From: an uncultured Actinomycetes bacterium
Lineage (GTDB): Bacteria > Actinomycetota > Thermoleophilia > Gaiellales > JALYLC01
Direction: 5' to 3'
Assembly (NCBI GenBank): GCA_963705965.1
Contig: CAVPLI010000002.1
Span: 66,500 to 130,499, forward strand
Length of the DNA: 64,000 nt
Notes under the pieces: generated by a model
The model's input: only the letters and a program-made list of their open reading frames with translations
Told to the model about the DNA's origin: nothing
Database searches by the model: none
Position numbers and translations under genes: made by a program
Part shown: one piece after another, positions 36,068 to 46,542 of the stretch
Position numbering within the stretch: the stretch's first letter is position 1
Layout of the letters: every line of letters starts with the position of its first letter

Positions 36068-36232
36068 GTGATCGTGGTCTCCCTTCGAGTGCGTGTCAAA
36101 ACCTCGTGCAGGCTGCAGGAATCGTCCCCCACCTGAATACCTCTCGTGGCCGGAAGGTTCGGTTAACCCCCGTTCACGGCACGTTCCCGGTGCCGCAATA
36201 CTGACGGGCTTACATCTTTCTGGGAGAGGATC

Positions 36233-37681
36233 ATGTCGTCGGAAATCCCTGATCCACGCCGCTGGATCGCACTCATCCTGCTGACTGCGACGCAGTTCAT
36301 GCTCATCATCGACGTCTCGATCGTCAACGTCGCGTTACCGACGATCGAACGCGATCTGCACTTCACCGACTCGAGTCTGCAGTGGGTGGCGAGTGCATAT
36401 GCCCTCACGTTCGGTGGCTTCTTGCTGCTCGGCGGTCGCATGGCCGACCTGCTCGGTCGTCGTCGCCTCTTCATGGTGGGGTTGGCGGTCTTCACGGTCG
36501 CGTCGCTCGCCTGCGGCTTCGCGACCACCAACAACCAGCTCATCGCGGCGCGCGCGGTGCAGGGCCTCGGTGGCGCGATGATCGCGCCGGCGGCGCTCTC
36601 GATCCTGTCGACGACGTTCGCCGAGGGCGAGGAGCGCAACAAGGCGCTCGCAGTCTGGGGAGCCGTCTCGGGTGCCGGAGGCGCGGTGGGCGTGCTGCTC
36701 GGAGGCGTGCTCACCGAGTACGTCGGCTGGGAGTGGGTCTTCTTCGTCAATGCGCCGATCGGCATTGCCGCGATCCTGCTCGCCCCGCGCCTGCTGCGCG
36801 AGAGCCGCGTCGAGGACGCGATCCGCTCCTTCGACGTCATCGGCGCGATCCTCGTGACGGCGAGCCTCTCGCTGCTCGTCTACACGGTCGTCAAGACCGA
36901 CGAGTACCACTGGTTCTCGGCCCGGACGCTCGGCTTCTTCGCCATCTCGGCCGTGTTGATGGTGGCCTTCCTGATCAACGAGCAGCGCGCCGCGAACCCG
37001 TTGCTGCCGCTCTCGATCTTCAAGCTGCCGACGATCGTCGGAGCCAACGTCGTCGGCTTCATGCTCGGGGCCGCGATCTTCGCGATGTTCTTCCTGCTCG
37101 CGCTCTACATGCAGGGGGCCGCCGGCCTCGGCTATTCCCCGATCCGCAGCGGCCTCGGCTACCTGCTCGTGGCCTGCACCATCATCGTCTCGGCCGGCGC
37201 CTCGCAGGCGCTGGTGGGGAGGCTCGGCGTGCGGACGGTGCTGCTGAGCGGACTCGTCCTGCTCACGCTCGGCCTGCTGTTCTTCTCGCGGGTGTCCCCG
37301 CACGGCAGCTATCTCGGCGATCTCGCGCCGGGCTTCATCCTCGCGGGCGTCGGGCTCGGCTTCGCGTTCATCCCCGTCACGATCGCCGCCCTCATGGGTA
37401 TCAGCGACGACGAGGCGGGACTCGCGTCCGGTCTCATCAACACGTCGCAGCAGATCGGCGGTGCGGTCGGCGTCGCGCTCCTGGCGACGGTCTTCACGAG
37501 CCGCACGACCGAGCAGCTCCACGCCGGCGTCGCGCAGGACGTCGCCTACACCGACGGCCTCTCGCGCGCGTTCCTCGTCGGCGCGTTGATGACGGTGCTC
37601 GGACTCGTCGCGGCCATCGTCCTCATCCGCGGCCGGCAGGCCGAGGCGGGCGCCGAGGTGACCGCCGTCCCGGTCGCCTAG
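36233..37681 (+). CDS. MFS transporter, DHA2 (EmrB/QacA-like, 14-TMS) family
   Basis: LIIDVSIVNVALPTI, GRMADLLGRRRLF and AARAVQGLGGAMIAP are classic DHA2 motifs. 482 aa. Confidence 0.9.
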   Translation: MSSEIPDPRRWIALILLTATQFMLIIDVSIVNVALPTIERDLHFTDSSLQWVASAYALTFGGFLLLGGRMADLLGRRRLFMVGLAVFTVASLACGFATTNNQLIAARAVQGLGGAMIAPAALSILSTTFAEGEERNKALAVWGAVSGAGGAVGVLLGGVLTEYVGWEWVFFVNAPIGIAAILLAPRLLRESRVEDAIRSFDVIGAILVTASLSLLVYTVVKTDEYHWFSARTLGFFAISAVLMVAFLINEQRAANPLLPLSIFKLPTIVGANVVGFMLGAAIFAMFFLLALYMQGAAGLGYSPIRSGLGYLLVACTIIVSAGASQALVGRLGVRTVLLSGLVLLTLGLLFFSRVSPHGSYLGDLAPGFILAGVGLGFAFIPVTIAALMGISDDEAGLASGLINTSQQIGGAVGVALLATVFTSRTTEQLHAGVAQDVAYTDGLSRAFLVGALMTVLGLVAAIVLIRGRQAEAGAEVTAVPVA

Positions 37682-37695
37682 TAGCAGCGCGTTCC

Positions 37696-37728
37696 GGGGT
37701 CAGGCACGCACGGCGCGTGCCTGACCCC
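37696..37728 (+). terminator. intrinsic-terminator-like hairpin after the MFS gene
   Basis: GGGGTCAGGCACGC-ACGGC-GCGTGCCTGACCCC: 14-bp perfect stem starting 15 nt after the stop, no T-tract. Confidence 0.65.
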
Positions 37729-37940
37729 GATGCGCGCTAGGTCTGCGTCACCGCGGTGGGCGGAGGATCGGTGGGCTGGGGGTGAGGAGGCGGCTCGGGA
37801 TTCGGCACCTCTGCGATGTGACTGTTCATGCGCGCGGTGTGTCGCTGCGCGTGGGTTTCCAAACCCGCGATGCGGCGATCGGAGAGCCGGTCGCGAGCGC
37901 GCGGAGGCCGACCTGATTGCGGTTGCAATAATGGATCCTC

Positions 37941-38870
37941 ATGCAGCTCGAGGGCATCCACCACATCACGGCGATCACGGGCGATGCGCCCCGGAACGTC
38001 GATTTCTACGCTCGCGTCCTCGGCATGCGGCTCGTCAAGAAGACGGTCAACCAGGACGATCCGAGCGTCTATCACCTGTTCTACGCCGACGAGCTGGGCA
38101 GCGCCGGTGCCGACCTCACGTTCTTCGAGTACCCGGGCGCGATCCCGGGGCGGCCCGGGCCCGGCATGGTGCACCGCATCCTCACGCGTGTCGCCTCGCC
38201 CGAGGCGCTCGACTTCTGGGCCGAGCGGCTCGGGGGCGAGGGCGTCGCCACGGAGCGCGCCGGCGACAGCCTCAGCTTCGCCGACCCCGAGGGCATGGCG
38301 CACGAGCTCGTCGTCGTCGATCGGCCCGACGCGCCGCTCGTCGCGCGCCATCGCGAGATCCCGCCCGAGCTCGCGCTGCAGGGCTTCGAGGCGGTGCGCG
38401 CCTCCAGCATGCGACCCGACTCGACGAAGCGCGTGCTCGAGGAAGGCCTCAACTTCACCTCCGCCGGCGACTCGGTGTGGGAGGCGCGCGGCGAGTCGCG
38501 CGGCGGCCTCTACGCGCTCGACCCGCTGCCCGAGGGCCGCGGCGTTCCCGGCGCGGGCACCGTCCACCACGTCGCCTTCGCCTCGACCTACGAGGATCAC
38601 GAGGCCTGGGGGGAGCGCGTGCGCGCACTCGGCCTCAACCCGACGCCGGTGATCGACCGCTTCTACTTCCGCTCGATCTACTTCCGCGAGCCGGGCGGCG
38701 TCCTCGTCGAGATCGCAACGCTCGGCCCTGGCTTCACGTCCGACGAGCCGCTGCTCTCGCTCGGCGAGCACCTCTCGCTCCCACCCGACTTCGAGCATCT
38801 GCGCGATCGCATCGAGCCGGTTCTGACGCCGCTTCCGGACATCCGGGCATGGCGTCCCGAGACGCAGTGA
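37941..38870 (+). CDS. ring-cleaving dioxygenase, VOC superfamily (MhqO/YfiE-like)
   Basis: GIHHITAITGDAPRNVDFY...HHVAF...FYFRSIYFREPGGVLVEIAT: two VOC modules. Confidence 0.88.
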   Translation: MQLEGIHHITAITGDAPRNVDFYARVLGMRLVKKTVNQDDPSVYHLFYADELGSAGADLTFFEYPGAIPGRPGPGMVHRILTRVASPEALDFWAERLGGEGVATERAGDSLSFADPEGMAHELVVVDRPDAPLVARHREIPPELALQGFEAVRASSMRPDSTKRVLEEGLNFTSAGDSVWEARGESRGGLYALDPLPEGRGVPGAGTVHHVAFASTYEDHEAWGERVRALGLNPTPVIDRFYFRSIYFREPGGVLVEIATLGPGFTSDEPLLSLGEHLSLPPDFEHLRDRIEPVLTPLPDIRAWRPETQ

Positions 38871-39496
38871 GTGGCGTCGACGATTTCGTCCATCGCTACG
38901 AGCCCGGCAGGGGCGGGGCAACGCTGCTGTTGCTGCACGGCACGGGCGGCGACGAGCATCAGCTGATCGAGCTCGGGCACCAGCTGGCGCCCGCGGCGGC
39001 GCTGCTCAGCCCGCGCGGCCAGGTGCTCGAGGACGGTGTGGCCGCGCGCTTCTTCGCGCGCCGCGGTGCGGGCAACCTCGATCTCGACGATCTCCGCCGG
39101 CGCGGCGAAGGACTCGCGACCTGGGTCGGGGAGGCGTCTGCGCACTACGGGCTCGATCCGGCCCGCGTCACGGCGCTCGGCTACTCGAACGGCGCCAACA
39201 TCGCCGTCGAGCTGCTCTTCCGGCACCCCGGCGTTCTGCGCGGCGCCGCGCTGCTGCGCCCGATGCTGGTCTATCGACCGGTCGAGCCGATCACGCTGTC
39301 GGGCACCGACGTGCTCATCGCAGCCGGGGACTCCGATCCGTACAGCTCGCCGCAGCAGGTGCAGGAGCTCGCCGAGGTGCTCGCCGCCGGTGGCGCCGAG
39401 GTCGAGCTCGTCCGCCAGGCGACCGGGCACGGGCTCGTGCAGGGAGACCTCGACGCACTCGCCACCTGGATCACTCCCCTGGCGGTCGCATCGTGA
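38867..39496 (+). CDS. phospholipase/carboxylesterase-family alpha/beta hydrolase (MhqD-like)
   Basis: LLLLHGTGGDEHQL and GYSNGANIA nucleophile elbow. GTGA overlap with the dioxygenase stop; ATG 38849 is an alternative start. Confidence 0.8.
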   Translation: MSGVDDFVHRYEPGRGGATLLLLHGTGGDEHQLIELGHQLAPAAALLSPRGQVLEDGVAARFFARRGAGNLDLDDLRRRGEGLATWVGEASAHYGLDPARVTALGYSNGANIAVELLFRHPGVLRGAALLRPMLVYRPVEPITLSGTDVLIAAGDSDPYSSPQQVQELAEVLAAGGAEVELVRQATGHGLVQGDLDALATWITPLAVAS

Positions 39497-40356
39497 GCGC
39501 GACCGAGCCGATCGCCGCGGCCACGCACATGGGCGCCGTGCACCTCACGGTCGCCGATCTCGAACGCTCGCTCGAGTACTACCGCGAGTCGATCGGTCTC
39601 GACGTGCTCGAAGGAGGACGACGGCAGGGCGACGCTCGGCGCCGGAACGACGCGCCTGCTCGAGCTGGTCGAGGTACCCGGCGCACAGCCGGCCCCGGGC
39701 CGCACCGGCCTCTTCCACTTCGCCCTGCTGCTGCCGGATCGCCGCAGTCTCGCGAGCTGGGTCGCGCACGCGGTGCGCACGCGGGTGCGTCTGGCGGGCG
39801 CGTCGGATCATTTCGTGAGCGAGGCGATCTACCTCAGCGACCCCGACCGGCACGGCATCGAGATCTACGCCGACCGGCCGAGGGAGCTCTGGGACGGCCA
39901 GGTGGCCGAGCGCATGGGCACCGATCCGCTCGATCTCGACGGCCTGCTCGGCGAGCTCGGCGATCCGCAGACGGCGCCGTTCGACGGCCAGCCCCTCGGC
40001 ACGACCATGGGCCACGTCCACCTGCAGGTGTCGCAGATTCCTCCGGCGGTCGAGTTCTACCGCGACCTGCTCGGCTTCGGCCTGATGGCCGAGTACGGCG
40101 GCCAGGCGGCGTTCCTCTCGGCCGGCGGCTACCACCACCACGTCGGCGCCAACACCTGGCGCAGCGGCGGCGCCGGGCCGCCCGAGCCGGGCGCCGCGGC
40201 TCTGCGCCGCTTCGAGATCGTGCTCCCCGGCGAGGCCGAGCGCGACCGCCTGGTCGAGCGCCTCGGCGCGGCCGGTCAGGTGATCGAGGAGCACGCGGAC
40301 GGGCCGCTGGCGCGCGATCCGTCGGGCAACGCGTTCACGCTGCTGACCGCGGCTAG
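39493..40356 (+). pseudogene. VOC-family (glyoxalase/extradiol dioxygenase-like) protein, +1 change near the 5' end and displaced stop
   Basis: MSATEPIAAATHMGAVHLTVADLERSLEYYRESIGLDVLE|EDDGRATLGAGTTRLLELVEVPG...GLFHFALLLP...SDHFVSEAIYLSDPDRHGIEIY...MGHVHLQV...GGYHHHVGAN. The junction is at about 39613. The coding frame has no stop until 40468, while TAG 40354 is one base out of frame. Confidence 0.7.
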
Positions 40357-40367
40357 AGCTTCGGGCG

Positions 40368-42209
<1,842 letters not shown>

Positions 42210-42251
42210 ACCTGCAGTGTCCGCGACCTCGGCCTCCCGGGCGGCAGGTTG

Positions 42252-42847
42252 TCAGCAGAAAAGCGCGATTGCGAAGCTCGTGGAGGCGAGTGTGCCGTTC
42301 GTGCGACGCGTCTGCACCGTGACCGAATTGGCCATCGGGAAGCCCGGCGCGAAGTCCGCTCCCGCGCTGCTCATGACCACGAAGGCAGCGCCGGGGATGC
42401 CCGTCGTGCTGTGGCCGGCGCTCGCGAAATCGGGGATGGATCCCTGCGTGGCGGTGGCCGCGCACTGCGGTGATGGCCTGTCCGAAGTTGACGTAGTAGA
42501 GGCCGGTTCCGGCATTCAGGGCGGTGATGTTGCCGCTCGACGCGTTGATGCTGCCGTCGGCCTTGATCTGCGCCCACAGCTTCGTGGCGTCCTCGCCGTC
42601 CGTCCCGTCGTCCCCGTCGAAGCCGTCCTCGCCGTCGTCACCCGTCTCGCCCTGCGGGCCGGCGGGCCCGCGCTCGACCGTGGAGCGCCTTGCGCGCGCT
42701 CTTGCTCAGCGAGCTCAGCGAGATCGAGCCCGGCTTGATCTGCTTGGACGAGGTGATCGTGTAGCCGGTCGCGGCGACCGACGTGCCGATCCCCGCCATC
42801 ACCAGTGCTGCAGACGCGACGACGAGCGCCGCGGATGGCTTGCGCAT
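42252..42847 (-). pseudogene. secreted collagen-like-repeat protein, paralogue 2, two +1 frame changes
   Basis: MRKPSAALVVASAALVMAG...KALHG|ERGPAGPQGETGDDGEDGFDGDDGTDGEDATKLWAQIK...NFGQAIT|QCAATATQGSIPDF...AIALFC. Nucleotide comparison with paralogue 1 shows one extra base at about 42676 (GGTCGAGCGCGG versus GGTGAGCGCGG) and one at about 42468. Confidence 0.65.
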
Positions 42848-42944
42848 TTCCGCCCTCCGGAGGTCGGGACGCGCACCGGCCCGCTGCGGTCGATGCGTCG
42901 CCGTCCCAACTCTACGAGGCCTCTCGAAGCAATCACATATAGTG

Positions 42945-43541
42945 CTATCCGCAGAGCACGGCGATCGTGAACGCCGAGGGCGCGGCCGCCCCTGCTGCGG
43001 CACCGTTCGTCGTCTCGACGAGCACGGTGCTCACGGTCGGAAAGCCCGGCGCGAGCTCCGCGCCCGCGCCTTGCAGGAACACGAGCGCGGCGCCCGGGAG
43101 GCCCGTCGTGGCCGAGGCCGGTGTCGCAAACGGCGGAATCGATCCCTGCGTTGCAGTGGCGGCGCAGCGTGTGATGTCCACTCCGAAGTTGACCGCATAC
43201 GTGCCGGGCGACACACCGAGGCGCGCGGTCACGCCCGGCGTCGAGACATTGACGCTCGCATCGGAACCGATCTGCGCCCACAGCTTGGTCGCCGAGAGGC
43301 CGGGGATGCCTGCGGCGCCGACCGGGCCCTGCGGCCCCGAGGCGCCGGCCTGACCACGCGGTCCGCGCTCACCGCGCAGGGCCTTGCGCGCCTGCTTGGT
43401 GAGCGCCGAGAGCGTGATCGTTCCCGGCTTGACCTGCTTGGGCGAGGTGATCACGTAGTGCGTGGCCGCCAGTGACGTGCCGAGGGTCGACATCACCAGA
43501 GCCGCCGTGGCGACGACGAGCGCCGCGGATGGCTTGCGCAT
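42945..43541 (-). CDS. secreted collagen-like-repeat protein, paralogue 1 (intact)
   Basis: GGAGGAG lies upstream of ATG 43541. Signal peptide, 9 G-X-Y triplets (GERGPRGQAGASGPQGPVGAAGIPGLS), then a roughly 110-aa C-terminal domain ending in ...AVLCG. Confidence 0.7.
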   Translation of the reverse strand: MRKPSAALVVATAALVMSTLGTSLAATHYVITSPKQVKPGTITLSALTKQARKALRGERGPRGQAGASGPQGPVGAAGIPGLSATKLWAQIGSDASVNVSTPGVTARLGVSPGTYAVNFGVDITRCAATATQGSIPPFATPASATTGLPGAALVFLQGAGAELAPGFPTVSTVLVETTNGAAAGAAAPSAFTIAVLCG

Positions 43542-43716
43542 GGCTCCTCCAGGATTCGCGGAACGCCGACCGTATGCCCCGGTCGATGCCACCGGAACCC
43601 TCGATCGAGGGAGACTTCCGCACGTTTGGGGCCAGACCCCGAACGTGCGAATCACCGATCTGCGCTACCTGCTCAATTGGGGCCTGGCCCCATTCGAGCA
43701 GTGAGCCTCGAGCCCC

Positions 43717-44442
43717 TCAGGCACGCAGGCCGAGGCGGAGGCCGACGATCCAGTCGTAGGTGCCCTCGACGTGGCGCTCCATCGCCGCGTGGGCGGCCTC
43801 GGGGTCGCCTTCGGCGATCGCGGCGACGATCGGGTCGTGGCTCGCCTGCGAGACCGCCCGGGCCAGGCGCGGGCCGGGGACGACGCGCAGCATCTCGGCG
43901 ATCTCGACCTGGATCTGCGTCTCGGCCGCGACCAGGCGGCGCGAGCCCGAGGCCTCGGCGACCGCGATGTGGAAGCGCGCGTCGGCCAGCCGGAAGCCGG
44001 CGAAGGCGCCGACGGCGCGCTCGGCGGCGGCCGCCGCTTCGGTGACTGCCTCGCGCCCGTCCGCCCCGGCCCGCTCGGCGGCGAGCTCCGCCGCCTCGCC
44101 CGAGACGGCGCGTCGCCAGTCGGTCAGCTCGCGCAGCGCACTGCGTGTCGGCGGCTCGCCGTTGAGGACGAGAGCGGCCGGCGGGTCGTCGCGCACGAAG
44201 GAGCCGCCGGTGCGTCCGCGCCGTGTCTCGACGAAGCCGGCGGCGCGCAGGATCTGCAGCGCCTGGCGCAGCGTCATGGGCGCGACGCCGAGCTGGGCGG
44301 CGAGCTCGAGCTCGCTCGGGAGCCGCTCCCCGGGGGCCAGCACGCCGGCGCCGATCGCCTCGCCGAGGCGTCGCACGATCTGCTCGACGGCCCCCTCCGC
44401 CTGGAGCGGAGCGAGCGCGACGTCGCGGGCTGTGAAGGTCAC
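43717..44442 (-). CDS. GntR-family transcriptional regulator (FadR/FCD subfamily)
   Basis: N-terminal wHTH (LPSELELAAQLGVAPMTLRQALQILRAAGFVETRRGRTGGSFV) plus an all-helical C-terminal domain. Confidence 0.88.
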   Translation of the reverse strand: MTFTARDVALAPLQAEGAVEQIVRRLGEAIGAGVLAPGERLPSELELAAQLGVAPMTLRQALQILRAAGFVETRRGRTGGSFVRDDPPAALVLNGEPPTRSALRELTDWRRAVSGEAAELAAERAGADGREAVTEAAAAAERAVGAFAGFRLADARFHIAVAEASGSRRLVAAETQIQVEIAEMLRVVPGPRLARAVSQASHDPIVAAIAEGDPEAAHAAMERHVEGTYDWIVGLRLGLRA

Positions 44443-44479
44443 TTGAACACCATTACCTCTAGATGATAGAACTTTATGT

Positions 44480-45338
44480 ATGACATCGACGGACCCGACG
44501 CCCGAGCAGATCCAGCAGTACGCGCGCGATGGGTTCCTGATCGTGGAGCGCTGGCTCTCGGACGACGAGGTCGAGCGGACGCGCGAGCGCTTTCACGCGT
44601 GCTTCGAGCACGAGTGGGAGACCGGTCTCGCGCCCGACGAGGTCAACTACACGCCCGGCGTCACGCCCCCCGATCGCACGCGCCAGCTGTGCAACGTGTG
44701 GAAGGCCGACCGCTGGCTCGCGCGCATCACGCTCGCCGAGCGCAACGCGCGCTTCGCCGCCAAGCTGGCCGGCGCGCCGGGCATGCGGCATCCTGCAGGA
44801 CAACATGATCTGGAAGCCGCCGTCGGGCAAGGCGCTGCTCGCCCACCAGGACGCGGCCTACGTGCCGTTCCTCGAGCCGCCGAACATGACGACGTGCTGG
44901 ATGGCGCTCGACGAGACGGCGGCCGACACGGGCACGATCTACTACGCGCGCGGCTCCCACGCCTGGGGCCGGCTGCCGACCGGCGACACGTTCCACGCGC
45001 CCGACGACTGGCTGGCCTGGATGCACGAGGTGCGCCCGGCCGACGTCGAGGCCGACATGGTGCCGATCGAGGTGCCGCCGGGCGGTGCGGCGTTCCATCA
45101 CGGCCTCTGCTTCCACGGCTCGCCGCCCAACGAGCGGCCCGATGCCGACCGGCGCGCGATCATCAGCCACATGGTCTCGACGGAGACGACGTGGCACCCG
45201 ACGATCCGCCACCAGCTCTACTCGCGCTACATGCGGCCTGACGTTCTGGAGATGGACGAGGTCTACTTCCCGATCATGTGGCGCGAGGACGGCCACCGGA
45301 CCCCCTTCATCGAAAGCCACTTCTCCGCGGCGGCCTGA
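44480..45338 (+). pseudogene. phytanoyl-CoA dioxygenase (PhyH) family Fe(II)/2OG oxygenase, one +1 frame change
   Basis: ...YARDGFLIVERWLSDDEV...AKLAGAPGMR|ILQDNMIWKPPSGKALLAHQDAAY...GSHAW...FHHGLCFHGSPPN. The HxD...H facial triad lies in the second frame (ORF 44805-45338). The junction is at about 44789. Confidence 0.75.
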
Positions 45339-45339
45339 C

Positions 45340-46035
45340 GTGAGTCCCGTCGAGACGGGTGCGCTCACGCTCTGCTGCTCGGACATGGCGGCGCCCCCGC
45401 TGTTCTGGACCGAGGCCGACGGCGCCCGCCACGGCTACGAGCCGGCGGCGGCGCTGGCCGTGGCCGAGACGCTCGGCCTCGAGCTGCGCTGGGTCTTCCG
45501 CCAGTGGGCCGACTTCGCCCGCACGCTCGCCGACGGTGAGTGCGACGGCATCTGGTGCGGGTCGGCGATCACGCCCGAGCGCGAGCGCCAGTTCCTCTAC
45601 ACACGCCCCTACGCCGTCTTCGACGAGGCCGTCGTCGTCCGCGCGGGCGACGCGGTGTCGGCCGAGCGCGATCTCCGCGGCCGCCGCGTGGGCGCGATCG
45701 CGGGCAGCACGAACCTCGCGCTGGCCGAGACGTTCCCCGAGGCCGAGTGCGTGCCCTTCGACGGCGTCAGCGACGACGTCTTCGGCGACATGCTGCGCGC
45801 GCTGCAAGACGGCGACATCGACGCGGTCGTGGACGACGACGTCGCCTTCATCGGCATCGAGCGCACCTTCCCCGGGATCCGCGTCGCCTTCACGGTCGCC
45901 ACGCGCAACCCCTGGGGCTGCGCGCTGCGCCTGGGCGACGAGGACCTCAAGCGGACGCTGGACGAGGGCATCGCCGAGGCCGACCTGCCGGCCGCCTGGC
46001 GCTGCTGGCTGCCGTCGCTGCCCTACCCGCTGTAG
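45340..46035 (+). CDS. SBP_bac_3-like substrate-binding domain protein (no signal peptide seen)
   Basis: From GTG 45340: ...YEPAAALAVAETLGLELRWVFRQWADF...DGIWCGSAITPERE...VGAIAGSTN... resembles family-3 solute-binding proteins. Confidence 0.7.
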   Translation: MSPVETGALTLCCSDMAAPPLFWTEADGARHGYEPAAALAVAETLGLELRWVFRQWADFARTLADGECDGIWCGSAITPERERQFLYTRPYAVFDEAVVVRAGDAVSAERDLRGRRVGAIAGSTNLALAETFPEAECVPFDGVSDDVFGDMLRALQDGDIDAVVDDDVAFIGIERTFPGIRVAFTVATRNPWGCALRLGDEDLKRTLDEGIAEADLPAAWRCWLPSLPYPL

Positions 46036-46038
46036 CTG

Positions 46039-46542
46039 TCAGATCTCGCCGTCGAAGTATTCGAGCCGCGGGCTGCGCCGCGTGATCAGGCGCGTGGAGC
46101 GGACGAGCACCTTGTCGGAGTCCGGGAACTCGACGACGTCGGAGTAGACCTTGTTGCTGATCGCGAGGTAGGCGAGCGGCACGTCGCCGTCGTTGATGAA
46201 CTGGTGCGCGATGCCGGTGCCCGCGGGGAACGCGACGACGTCGCCCGGCCCGAGCTCGATCAGCTCGTCCTCGCCCTCGCCGTCGCCCTGGCGCAGGAGG
46301 CCGCGGCCCTCGAGCACGTAGAACGCCTCCTCCTCGCCGTGGTGGAAGTGGAACGGGTTCGAGCGCGAGCCCGGCGCGACGAACGTGATGCTGTAGCCGA
46401 GGTCGCGCGCCCCGGCGGCCTCGGCGATCTCGCGCGCGCCGGCCTGATAGCGGCCGCTCGGCTCGGAGTAGTCCTCGTGCGGCACGTCGCGGGCGTTGAC
46501 GACGTTGTTGAAACGGCTCCGCATGCTCGCTTCCTCAGACAC
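46039..46542 (-). CDS. cupin-domain protein
   Basis: FHFHHGEEEAFYVLEG...GTGIAHQFIN. It shares the ...EYFDGE C-terminus with 15937-16407. Confidence 0.8.
   Translation of the reverse strand: MSEEASMRSRFNNVVNARDVPHEDYSEPSGRYQAGAREIAEAAGARDLGYSITFVAPGSRSNPFHFHHGEEEAFYVLEGRGLLRQGDGEGEDELIELGPGDVVAFPAGTGIAHQFINDGDVPLAYLAISNKVYSDVVEFPDSDKVLVRSTRLITRRSPRLEYFDGEI

Noticed and set aside
36150-36232. A short inverted repeat, CGGCAC-N7-GTGCCG, upstream of the DHA2 MFS transporter, as a possible TetR/MarR operator.
   Set aside because: It has only a 6-bp stem and no regulator gene is adjacent. This is too weak to call.
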